Position numbers and translations under genes: made by a program. A model generated the notes under the pieces. It did not search any database. It saw only the letters and a list, made by a program, of their open reading frames with translations, and was not told the origin of the DNA. Shown in pieces: positions 52,996 through 60,773 of a DNA stretch of 64,000 bases. Each line of letters starts with the position of its first letter. The first letter of the stretch is position 1. Source of the DNA: a virus (Duplodnaviria > Caudoviricetes); the IMG/VR virus record IMGVR_UViG_2974677434_000001, positions 6,669 to 70,668 of that record, one strand, 5' to 3'.

Positions 52996-53333
52996 CGACG
53001 AGGGGCGACTGCCCGCACGGGTGGCAGCCGGAGCTGTGCTGGCGATGTGAGGAGGGAGGCACGACCGTGATCGAGATTGGTACGCGCGTGCCGGAGCTGA
53101 CCCAGGAGCACGCCGACGGCACGGTCTGGGTCGACATCGAAGGCGATCTCTGGGAGGCGGTCGCGGTGTTCACGATGGCCGGGCCGGTCGTCGCCTGGCG
53201 CGTGACCCGTCGCCGTCCGTTCTGCATCAGCAGCGAGCTGGGCAGCGTGCCGGGCGTGGAGTTCGGCCCTTATGTCGCCGTGCTCGGCCCGCCACCGCAG
53301 CCGCAGGCCACCGAGGAAGATGGGCAACCATGA
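52992..53333 (+). CDS. hypothetical protein
   Basis: GTGA overlap; CPHG...CWRC N-terminus; alternative start at VIEIGT. Confidence 0.55.
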   Translation: MTTRGDCPHGWQPELCWRCEEGGTTVIEIGTRVPELTQEHADGTVWVDIEGDLWEAVAVFTMAGPVVAWRVTRRRPFCISSELGSVPGVEFGPYVAVLGPPPQPQATEEDGQP

Positions 53334-54259
53334 GCGCCGAAGCCTTCGACCCCGCCGACCACAGCTTCACCGACGAGGAGCTGGCCGACTACTTCGAGGC
53401 CGAGCTGGAGAATCGCCGGGCCGGGGTGCTGCTCGACCGGCTGAAGGGCAAGACCTACGCCGAGATTGCGCGCGAGCGCGGCATCAGCATGTCGACCGCG
53501 CGCAAGGACTACCGCCTCGCCCTGGCCGGGCAGATGGAGGAGTCGCCCGAGCTGGGCATCGCCAAGCACCGCGCCGTCATCAACGAGGTGCTCAAGGCCA
53601 ACATGGACGCGATGATGAAGGGCGACAAGGACGCCGCCGCGACCATCCTCCGCGCGCTGGAGCGTGACGCGAAGCTCAAGGGCTACGACGCGCCGACCCG
53701 CGTGCTCGCCGCCGTCAACACCCGTGACTTCGCCAACGAGGCAGCCCAGCTCATCAGCAGAATCCAGCAGCTCGACCCCGACACCCTCAAGGAGCTAACC
53801 CGTGTCCACCGACCAGCCCGGCCCATCCTCGACCAGCTCGGCCAGCGCGAAGTCATCGACGCCGAGACCGTCGAAGTCCCGCCCGCCTCACCCGCTCCTG
53901 CGCCCGACCCTGGACCCGAGCCAGAAGCCGAGCCTGTCGGAGCGCCTGGTGACGACCCCGGCCCGGCTCTTGGCATGGCTGACCGGCGGCGACCCGCTCC
54001 AGCGCCCGGCGGCAAGGGCGGCGACGTCTACTCCGCCCTCGGCTTCCCCGACGTCCTCGGCGGGCCTCGGCAACCCGACGAGGAAGGTCGGCCAGATCGT
54101 GCTGCCGGTGCGCAGCGAGGTGACGCTCCACACCAGCGAGCCGCCGATGCCGCCGACGTCGGAGCTGACGACGCGGGGCCGGGTGAGCTGGGCGCAGGCG
54201 GGGATCAGCCAGGAGGTGGAGACCTCGACGGCTGGAGCAACATCGAGGACGACTTCTAG
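53330..54259 (+). CDS. HTH protein resembling terminase small subunits
   Basis: KTYAEIARERGISMSTARKDY (HTH) and ERDAKLKGYDAP; ATGA overlap. Confidence 0.7.
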   Translation: MSAEAFDPADHSFTDEELADYFEAELENRRAGVLLDRLKGKTYAEIARERGISMSTARKDYRLALAGQMEESPELGIAKHRAVINEVLKANMDAMMKGDKDAAATILRALERDAKLKGYDAPTRVLAAVNTRDFANEAAQLISRIQQLDPDTLKELTRVHRPARPILDQLGQREVIDAETVEVPPASPAPAPDPGPEPEAEPVGAPGDDPGPALGMADRRRPAPAPGGKGGDVYSALGFPDVLGGPRQPDEEGRPDRAAGAQRGDAPHQRAADAADVGADDAGPGELGAGGDQPGGGDLDGWSNIEDDF

Positions 54260-54980
54260 CCCGTCCATCCAGCACGACGTCGAGCTGACCGAGCGCCACT
54301 CGATCAGCCTGCGCGCGGGCGACCTGCCCGACAACGGGGCCGGGGCCATCGACGTGCTGCGCCTCCACGCCCAGGCATACGCCCGCGACCGGGGCTTCGA
54401 GATTACCGGCGGCATCATGGCGCGCGTGAGCACGCCCGTGCCCGACCCGCGCGAGCAGATCATCGCCGTGGAGTTCGACGTCATCGTCGGCAAGGGCCAC
54501 CTCGGCATCGACCGGCCCGAGGACGACACCTGGGTCTGGAGCTTCCCCGCCCTCGATCACAACTGGCGGCTCCTCGACGGCGCGCTGTCCGACCCCGAGG
54601 ACCGGCCCCGTCGGCGTCGCGTCAACGTCCGGCCCGAGGGCCAGGGCGGCGCAGGCGGCGGCAAGGTCGTGCCGATGCCGGGCGTCGTGCTCGGCCCCGG
54701 CGGCGGAGGTGTCAGCGGCACGATCTCCGGCCAGGGCGGCAGGGGCGGAATGCCCGGCGGCTGGCAGGGTGGCCCGGCGATCAGGGGCGAGGGCATCGCG
54801 CCGCCGATCCACCCGGCCTGGAGCGACCCCGACCACCCGGTCAGCAAGGAGCTGCGCGAGACCTACGCGCCGCCGATCCCGCCGGTCGACCAGCGCCCGC
54901 CCTGGATGCGCCGGGGCGAGGGCTGGGACGAGGACGGCGAAGGCCCGCTCGGTGAGCAGCGCCCACCCGGCCTGGACTGA
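53802..54980 (+). CDS. hypothetical protein overlapping upstream gene by 458 nt in another frame
   Basis: AAGGAG 7 nt before GTG 53802; very high GC3 in this frame across the overlap. Confidence 0.6.
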   Translation: MSTDQPGPSSTSSASAKSSTPRPSKSRPPHPLLRPTLDPSQKPSLSERLVTTPARLLAWLTGGDPLQRPAARAATSTPPSASPTSSAGLGNPTRKVGQIVLPVRSEVTLHTSEPPMPPTSELTTRGRVSWAQAGISQEVETSTAGATSRTTSSPSIQHDVELTERHSISLRAGDLPDNGAGAIDVLRLHAQAYARDRGFEITGGIMARVSTPVPDPREQIIAVEFDVIVGKGHLGIDRPEDDTWVWSFPALDHNWRLLDGALSDPEDRPRRRRVNVRPEGQGGAGGGKVVPMPGVVLGPGGGGVSGTISGQGGRGGMPGGWQGGPAIRGEGIAPPIHPAWSDPDHPVSKELRETYAPPIPPVDQRPPWMRRGEGWDEDGEGPLGEQRPPGLD

Positions 54981-55341
54981 CCCGCTCGGCGACATCGCCC
55001 GCTTCGCCGAGCAGGCCCGCGCCAACTACCCCGCCGTCGTCGCCGACGCGCGCCAGACCGAGGAGGCCCTGATGGGCAAGGCCCGAGGCGTCACCCGTAC
55101 CCGCTTCCCCGGCGGCGAGCGGCGTCGGCCTCGCCGCGACCACGACACCGTGGCGCGCGATCGCCACAAGCACCGCCTGGAGAACAACTGGCGCATCGTG
55201 ACCACCGAGGACGGCGAGGTGCTGGCGCTGGAGCCGGGGCGCGACTTCGAGCAGACCTTCGAGGGTGGGCCGGACCCGTTCTGGGACGCGGTGGAGTTCG
55301 CCGCCCGCTGCTTGCGTGGCGAGGCCGACCCGACGAGCTAA
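54952..55341 (+). CDS. hypothetical protein
   Basis: Probable GTG 54952; start uncertain. Confidence 0.55.
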   Translation: MSSAHPAWTDPLGDIARFAEQARANYPAVVADARQTEEALMGKARGVTRTRFPGGERRRPRRDHDTVARDRHKHRLENNWRIVTTEDGEVLALEPGRDFEQTFEGGPDPFWDAVEFAARCLRGEADPTS

Positions 55342-55350
55342 CATGCGGGT

Positions 55351-55629
55351 GTGACTTCCCCGACCCCGCAGCGCTCCACCGACCTGTCCACCCGCCACTC
55401 CTCGGTCGCCTCGGTGGCCGGGTGGCTGACCAACGTCAACCCCAACTTGCCTGGTCCGCAGCGCCTCCTCGCCCAGGACATCGCGCAGCTCACCGGCCTG
55501 CTGCTCACCCGGCTGGACGATGGCCCCGAGCTGACCGCCGGTCTGCGCAAGCTGCTGGAGGCCAAGGACTGCTTCGTGCGCCAGTCGCTCGCCGACGAGC
55601 GCGCCGCGACCGGGGAGCTGAGCAACTGA
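55351..55629 (+). CDS. helical-hairpin protein, possible Acb2/Tad1-like fold
   Basis: DGPELTAGLRKLLEAKDCFVR motif. Confidence 0.65.
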   Translation: MTSPTPQRSTDLSTRHSSVASVAGWLTNVNPNLPGPQRLLAQDIAQLTGLLLTRLDDGPELTAGLRKLLEAKDCFVRQSLADERAATGELSN

Positions 55630-56072
55630 TGGGCGAGGTGGTCGACATCCGCTCCGGCGAGGTGATCGAGGGCGAGGTCGTGGAGCCGGACGCCCTGGAC
55701 CGCCTCGACGCCGCCGAGCCGCCCCTGATCCCGGCGGGCGAGTTCATCGAGCAGCGCGTCCGGCTGACCCGTCAGGAGTTCGCCGCCGTCGCGGCGGGCG
55801 AGTACCCGGCGGGCCGGACACCCGAGCACGGCGGGCCGGTGATCATCGACAAGCGCGGCAGCCGCAACCCGAGCGCCGCCGCCCACAAGGCCGAGCAGCA
55901 GGCGCGCGAGCAGCAGCGCCAGGCCCAGGCGCACTGGACCCAACAGGCTGCCGGGACGATGTTCTGGGAGGCCCAGCGCGTCGCGGTGGCCGACCCCGAC
56001 CTCGGCGAGGCGATCCTGGCCAAGCGCGCCGAGCTGGTGGCCGGAGCCAAGAAGAAGGGCATCCTGGTCTGA
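55629..56072 (+). CDS. hypothetical protein
   Basis: TGATG overlaps at both ends. Confidence 0.65.
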   Translation: MGEVVDIRSGEVIEGEVVEPDALDRLDAAEPPLIPAGEFIEQRVRLTRQEFAAVAAGEYPAGRTPEHGGPVIIDKRGSRNPSAAAHKAEQQAREQQRQAQAHWTQQAAGTMFWEAQRVAVADPDLGEAILAKRAELVAGAKKKGILV

Positions 56073-56203
56073 TGGTTCACACCCTCGCCTACTGGCTCGG
56101 CGTCCTGGTCGCGGCGGCGATCATCGTCGTGGCGATCGTCGCGGTGCTGGCGGGCATCGTCTGGGCCGGGTCGGCGATCTTCGAGCTGGCGGGCCTGGCA
56201 TGA
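56072..56203 (+). CDS. small membrane protein (43 aa), absent from ORF track
   Basis: Coupled at both ends; long hydrophobic stretch. Confidence 0.6.
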   Translation: MVHTLAYWLGVLVAAAIIVVAIVAVLAGIVWAGSAIFELAGLA

Positions 56204-56919
56204 CCGAGCACGCGACCGGACGGGTGGTCAATCACGACCCGCGCAACCGCGACTACGAGGCCCCGCGCGCAGCGGTCCGGCCCGTGTCGGTGCTGCACAC
56301 CCTCGGCCCGGTGCTCAACCAGCGCGACGTCAACGGGTGCGTCGGCTGGACCGGCGCGAACCTACTCAACGCCGCGCTCGCCGTCGGCGCGCGGTCGAAG
56401 TTCTGGGGCCGGACCACTCAACGCTTCACCCGGTCCTACCTCGGCGACGAGCAGGGCAAGGAGCTTTACTCGCTGGCCACCCGCAACGACCCCTTCCGCT
56501 GGACCTACCCGCCGAGCGACAACGGCTCCTCGGGCCTGGGCCTGGGTAAGGCGCTGGTGGCCCTGGGCGCGATCGACGGCTACGACTGGACCTTCGACTT
56601 CGGCCAGCTCATCGCGCACGCGCAGCGCCAGCCCGTGGCGATCGGCATCGTCTGGACCGATGCGATGGGCGACCCCGACAGCAAGGGCCTGATCCACATC
56701 GGCACCGACGCCCAGCTCCGGCGGGCAGTCGACCGCAACCTCGGCCATGAGGTGACGCTGCGCGGGATCAACTGGCCCCGCAAGCTCGCGCGCATCCGCA
56801 ACCAGTGGGGGCCGGACTGGGGCCTCAAGGGCGACGCGCTCATCCCGCTGGACGAGCTGGAGCGCCTGGTCATCGACCACAAGGGCGATTGCATGGTGCC
56901 CAGGCTGGCGGCGGCATGA
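56200..56919 (+). CDS. papain-like (C1A) cysteine peptidase
   Basis: PVLNQRDVNGCVGW (Gln, catalytic Cys), GHEVTLRG (His), IRNQWGPDWGLKG (Asn). Confidence 0.85.
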   Translation: MTEHATGRVVNHDPRNRDYEAPRAAVRPVSVLHTLGPVLNQRDVNGCVGWTGANLLNAALAVGARSKFWGRTTQRFTRSYLGDEQGKELYSLATRNDPFRWTYPPSDNGSSGLGLGKALVALGAIDGYDWTFDFGQLIAHAQRQPVAIGIVWTDAMGDPDSKGLIHIGTDAQLRRAVDRNLGHEVTLRGINWPRKLARIRNQWGPDWGLKGDALIPLDELERLVIDHKGDCMVPRLAAA

Positions 56920-57044
56920 CCGCGCCGCGCCCGTTCTCCTGCGCCAGCCAGGCCCACGTCTGGACGGCGATCGTCCTATCGTGCCTGGCCATAGGGCTGG
57001 GCATCGCCAACCTCGGCATCCTGCTGGCGGCGGTGATCGAGTGA
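56916..57044 (+). CDS. small membrane protein (42 aa)
   Basis: ATGA and GTGA overlaps; hydrophobic helix. Confidence 0.55.
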   Translation: MTAPRPFSCASQAHVWTAIVLSCLAIGLGIANLGILLAAVIE

Positions 57045-57592
57045 CCGGGGGCGCAGGCGAGGCCGACTTCCCGACCGAGCGCTGGCAGCCCGACGAGCTG
57101 CTCGTCCCGGCGATCCTGGCCGGGTCGCGCACGACGATGGCCGACCTGTCCGCGCCGGACCGAGCCTGGGTGGTCGCTCACATGAAGCTGGCCGGGTACA
57201 CCGCCGAGCAGACCGCCGACCGCCTGGACTGCTCGGTGCGCTCGGTGCGCTCGGTCTGGTCGGACGCGGGCGTCATCGTGGCGCTCTACCTGACCGAGGC
57301 CGACAACTTCGGCCAGACCTACCGGATGCTCGACGGCGAGCTGCGCCAGATCGTGGTCGCCCTCGGGGAGGCCGAGCGCGACCGCGACCGATACAAGGCC
57401 CAGCTCGACCGGATGCTCGACACGCTGATGACCGACGGGCGGGTGCTGTCCTTCCCGTGCGGATGCCCGCGCACGCGCTACAACACCTACGTCGCGCCCA
57501 AGACCGGCAAGGCCGGATGTCGTGAGCACCGCCGCCAGGCGGTGGCCCGGCACCGAGCGCGACGTCGTGAGCTGAGCACGGCGTCGGCCTAG
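57041..57592 (+). CDS. HTH + coiled coil + Cys/His knuckle protein
   Basis: GYTAEQTADRLDCSVRSV (sigma region 4/LuxR-like HTH); FPCGCPRTRYNTY...GCREH. Confidence 0.7.
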   Translation: MTGGAGEADFPTERWQPDELLVPAILAGSRTTMADLSAPDRAWVVAHMKLAGYTAEQTADRLDCSVRSVRSVWSDAGVIVALYLTEADNFGQTYRMLDGELRQIVVALGEAERDRDRYKAQLDRMLDTLMTDGRVLSFPCGCPRTRYNTYVAPKTGKAGCREHRRQAVARHRARRRELSTASA

Positions 57593-57595
57593 CCT
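57574..57595 (+). promoter_or_regulatory. putative late-class promoter
   Basis: GAGCAC-N10-TAGCCT, ATG 6 nt downstream. Confidence 0.45.
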
Positions 57596-57601
57596 GGAGG
57601 C

Positions 57602-57922
57602 ATGGCCAGACCAGGACGCGCCAAGGGCGTGAGCAGCAGATCGCGCGGCACCCGCGCGTCCGGCACGATCAAGGGCGCTCGCCGGGGCCGGTCGCCCTCG
57701 ATGGCCTTCGGCAAGCGCGGCGGTGGCCACAGCGGCACGACGACGCCCTACGGCAAGGGCACGCCCTCGATCAAGCGCCGCGACGTCTACGACGCGCTCC
57801 GGCGCGAGGGGAAGTCCAAGCGCGTGGCGGCGAAGATCGCCAACGCGGTGGCCAACGGGACCAACGGGCGCGGCATCCGAGGCCCGGCTGGCGGCGGCAA
57901 GCGCCGGAGCCGCAAGGGCTGA
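57602..57922 (+). CDS. very basic Arg/Lys/Gly-rich protein
   Basis: SIKRRDVYDALRREGKSKRVAAKIANA motif with protamine-like flanks. Confidence 0.7.
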   Translation: MARPGRAKGVSSRSRGTRASGTIKGARRGRSPSMAFGKRGGGHSGTTTPYGKGTPSIKRRDVYDALRREGKSKRVAAKIANAVANGTNGRGIRGPAGGGKRRSRKG

Positions 57923-57985
57923 AGGGACCGACTTAGCGGGTGTAATGACCACGGTCATTACCAGCCGCCAGCGGTTACCCTCCAC

Positions 57986-58029
57986 AACGAAAACCGCCCC
58001 GCTGGCGGCGGGGCGGGGCGGTTCTCGAT
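57986..58029 (-). terminator. intrinsic terminator
   Basis: ACCGCCCCGC/GCGGGGCGGT stem with AACGAAA flank; same design as 3382. Confidence 0.8.
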
Positions 58030-58032
58030 TCA

Positions 58033-58233
58033 TCAGGCGATGGGCCTCCCGTTGTGCTCGATGTTGAAGGCGATCGTGTCGGCGAGGTCGGCGCGGGCGG
58101 CTTCTTCGGTGTCGCCGTAACCGAGGGCGGCGGAGCCGCCGGGGCCTCGGAGGGTGGCACGGTAACGGCTGTTCGGAGGGCAGAAGCGATCGAAGTCGAC
58201 TTCGGCGGTCTCGGCAAGCTCGATAGCGGTCAT
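58033..58233 (-). CDS. small protein with HicB-like N-terminal motif
   Basis: LGYGDTEEAARADLADTI; has its own promoter cassette. Confidence 0.6.
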   Translation of the reverse strand: MTAIELAETAEVDFDRFCPPNSRYRATLRGPGGSAALGYGDTEEAARADLADTIAFNIEHNGRPIA

Positions 58234-58260
58234 CTTGAGACTCGATTCTCTATTTAGGTC

Positions 58261-58317
58261 CGGCGGGGCGATCCCGCCTACAAGAGATAACTTACCTGCC
58301 TAAGTCGGGTAAGTCAA
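58261..58317 (-). promoter_or_regulatory. early cassette copy 5
   Basis: TTGACT(58317-58312)-tacccgacttaggcagg-TAAGTT(58294-58289), hairpin GGCGGGATCGCCCCGCC. Confidence 0.85.
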
Positions 58318-58718
58318 GCCGATTGCAGAAGTTCGTAATACTCGCAGGTCAGAGGGTGCTTGTCGAGGTAGTGCGCGCGGCATGATCGGCAATGATCGTC
58401 CGGCCCGTAGGGGTCGAAGTGGATCGAGCCGGGGTCGTCGCGCAGCTCGCACATCCGCCGGTAGCCCTGGCGATGCGAGCACGTCGGGCAATGGGGCCGG
58501 ATGTTGTCGCGGCGGTAGGTGCCGCCCTCCTCGCCGGGGATGATCCGGTCGACGCACATCGTCGCCGTGGAGACCATCGCGCCGCATTCCCAGCAAGGCA
58601 CCTTCTCGCCGTCGCCGCCCCAGGGCGCAGCCGTCGAGACCAGCCACTCGCGCCGGGCGCGCCGGTCGTAGCTCGATCCGCGTTTGTCGTTGCCGGTGAT
58701 CGAGCGCGACAGCCCCAT
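58314..58718 (-). CDS. HNH endonuclease
   Basis: CWEC...VDRIIPGEEGGTYRRDNIRPHCPTC. Confidence 0.8.
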   Translation of the reverse strand: MGLSRSITGNDKRGSSYDRRARREWLVSTAAPWGGDGEKVPCWECGAMVSTATMCVDRIIPGEEGGTYRRDNIRPHCPTCSHRQGYRRMCELRDDPGSIHFDPYGPDDHCRSCRAHYLDKHPLTCEYYELLQSA

Positions 58719-58930
58719 CAGCTCATCCTGCCGCGTCGGCGTGCGCGGGCGTCGATCGACGCGCAGGCGGGCAGATGGTCGCCGTCCTCGGGCGTCCGGC
58801 AGCACGCGCGGAGGTGCGGGCGCTCGGTCTCGGTGCTGGCGGGCTTGCCGCAGATGACGCACGAAGGCCAGCCGAAGCCACCCGAGGGGTCGGCGAAGTA
58901 GCAGCGGTGATCGCCCGCCCACTCGCTCAT
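58718..58930 (-). CDS. small Cys-rich protein
   Basis: Coupled at both ends. Confidence 0.55.
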   Translation of the reverse strand: MSEWAGDHRCYFADPSGGFGWPSCVICGKPASTETERPHLRACCRTPEDGDHLPACASIDARARRRGRMS

Positions 58931-59220
58931 CGGCCCGAGCACCGCCCGCCAGGCGGGCACGATGGGCACCCGTGGCGATCGTGGGCCAGCTCGCGGTCGC
59001 TGATCTCCAGCAGCGTCATGTCGACGCTGAAGCGCGGGTAGCCGGGCCGGTGCTTGGCCTCCGGCGGCGTCCACCCGTGCGGTCGGCGCAGCAGCACCGT
59101 GGTGCGGGCGTGCTCGGCGTCGTTCTCCTCGACGCGGTAGACGTGGCCGGTCGCATAGCCGACGTAGACGATCCCCGGCGGGTAGTGCGGGGCCTGCTCG
59201 GGCATCGCGTGGCGGCTCAT
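58927..59220 (-). CDS. hypothetical protein
   Basis: ATGA overlaps. Confidence 0.6.
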   Translation of the reverse strand: MSRHAMPEQAPHYPPGIVYVGYATGHVYRVEENDAEHARTTVLLRRPHGWTPPEAKHRPGYPRFSVDMTLLEISDRELAHDRHGCPSCPPGGRCSGR

Positions 59221-59489
59221 CGGTCGCACCGCCCTGGGCGGTGGACCAGGAAGCACGCCGAGCAGACCACCTCGTCGGGCCGGACGGTCAGGTCGGCCAG
59301 CGTCAGCGGGTCGGCGCTGTGGCGCTGGGTCGGCCCCTCGGCGGGGTCGTCAACATAGAGACCGTTCTCGTCGGAGTAGGGCCAGCCGTCGGGGTCGGCC
59401 ACGCTCTCGGGGTCGGGCACCGCGCCGCGCTCAGCGCGCCGGAGCTGCTCGGCCTGGTAGCTCATTGCCTGGCTCACCTGGTCGCTCAT
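59217..59489 (-). CDS. DUF4193-like small protein
   Basis: C-terminal PDEVVCSACFLVH. Confidence 0.6.
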   Translation of the reverse strand: MSDQVSQAMSYQAEQLRRAERGAVPDPESVADPDGWPYSDENGLYVDDPAEGPTQRHSADPLTLADLTVRPDEVVCSACFLVHRPGRCDR

Positions 59490-59905
59490 CCGCCCAGCCC
59501 CTTGCGTCGCTCCAGCCGCCGGAGCTGCCGCCCCAGGACCGCGCGCTCGGACTTCTCCTGGGCGCTGAGAACGTGGAAGCCGGGCACCCGGCGGCGGATG
59601 GTCGCCCAGTCGCGCCCGAGGGTCAGGGCGACCGCCCAGTAGCTCGCGCCGTCCTCCAGCATCAGGCGGGCCTTCTCGACCTCCTCGGGCGTCATCGGGG
59701 GCTTGCCGCCGTGCTTCTCGACCAGGCCCTCGTCTACGAGGTAGCGCTGGACCTGGCGGTCGCCGACGCCGAGCGCCTCGGCGATCTGCTTCCTGGTCGC
59801 GCCCTGGCTCCACAGCTCGCGCACCTCGGCCCGGCGGGCGAGCGACTTCGCGCGCTGCGCCTCGCGGGCCTGCGGGCTGAAGCGCGCCGAGGGGTTACCC
59901 GGCAT
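59486..59905 (-). CDS. tandem HTH DNA-binding protein
   Basis: GATRKQIAEALGVGDRQVQRY and GASYWAVALTLGRDWATIRR. Confidence 0.75.
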   Translation of the reverse strand: MPGNPSARFSPQAREAQRAKSLARRAEVRELWSQGATRKQIAEALGVGDRQVQRYLVDEGLVEKHGGKPPMTPEEVEKARLMLEDGASYWAVALTLGRDWATIRRRVPGFHVLSAQEKSERAVLGRQLRRLERRKGLGG

Positions 59906-60287
59906 CGTCGTGTCCTCCTGACGCGCTCGCCTGCCGGACGTCGCCCGCGCCCTCGCGGGAGCACTCCGGCCACAGCTCGCGCAGATTGCACTGGTTGTAG
60001 ACCTGCTCGGACACCTCGACGCTGCCCACCCAGTCGGGGTTATCCAGGTCGGTGATCGTCAGCCGCCACTCGTCGGGGTAGGGGATGAACATCGGCGGCG
60101 TGCCCGGCGAGCAGACCATCGTCGTGCCCGCGCCCGAGCAACTGCCCGGCATCCCAGGGATGAACGTGACCCCGGCGGGTGTGAAGTTCGCGTCGGTGAC
60201 GAGACCGTGCTCGGGCACGGGGCGGCGGTCGTCGCCACACCCGGCGAGCACCAGCGCCGCAGCGGCGGCGATCAGTGCGCGCTTCAT
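59895..60287 (-). CDS. lipoprotein
   Basis: MKRALIAAAAALVLAG-C lipobox. Confidence 0.8.
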   Translation of the reverse strand: MKRALIAAAAALVLAGCGDDRRPVPEHGLVTDANFTPAGVTFIPGMPGSCSGAGTTMVCSPGTPPMFIPYPDEWRLTITDLDNPDWVGSVEVSEQVYNQCNLRELWPECSREGAGDVRQASASGGHDDAG

Positions 60288-60511
60288 CGCTGCGAGTCCA
60301 ACGTCGGCACGCGGACAGGCCCGTGGGTCGGGCAGGCCAGCCGCCCGACCTGATCGCAGGCCCCGCAGACGTGCGCGGTCTCGCGCTCCTCGCGGCGCTT
60401 CTCGATCTCCAGCAGCTCGCCGAGCTTCGAGTCCATGCCCTCCAGCAGGCCGAGGAAGCGGTCCACGGTCTCCTTGATGTTGATGTCCAGCTTAAGCCCA
60501 GGTAGGCCCAT
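60284..60511 (-). CDS. hypothetical protein with coiled coil and CGAC...CPTH knuckle
   Basis: ATGA overlap; coherent ORF. Confidence 0.6.
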   Translation of the reverse strand: MGLPGLKLDINIKETVDRFLGLLEGMDSKLGELLEIEKRREERETAHVCGACDQVGRLACPTHGPVRVPTLDSQR

Positions 60512-60524
60512 TTACTTAGCCCTT

Positions 60525-60773
60525 CTACTTGATGTCAAGACCGGCCCGGCGGAGCTGGGCCAGCGCGTTCTTCAGTCCTCGCCAGTCCGACGGCGTGCCC
60601 GCCAGGCTGCCGATCAATACCCCGGCCTTGTAGACCTTCCAGTGGCCGGTCTTGCTGCGCGACGGGCGCACCTCGCCGCCCGCTTCCTCGATGCGCCGGA
60701 GTAGCTCGCGGACGTCCTTGTGGGTGCCTCGTTTGCCGCCTCCGGTACCGGGCACCGGCCCGCCCCGCGTCAT
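60525..60773 (-). CDS. HicA-like toxin
   Basis: LLRRIEEAGGEV...GHWKV...TPSDWRGLKNALAQLRRAG. Confidence 0.65.
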   Translation of the reverse strand: MTRGGPVPGTGGGKRGTHKDVRELLRRIEEAGGEVRPSRSKTGHWKVYKAGVLIGSLAGTPSDWRGLKNALAQLRRAGLDIK

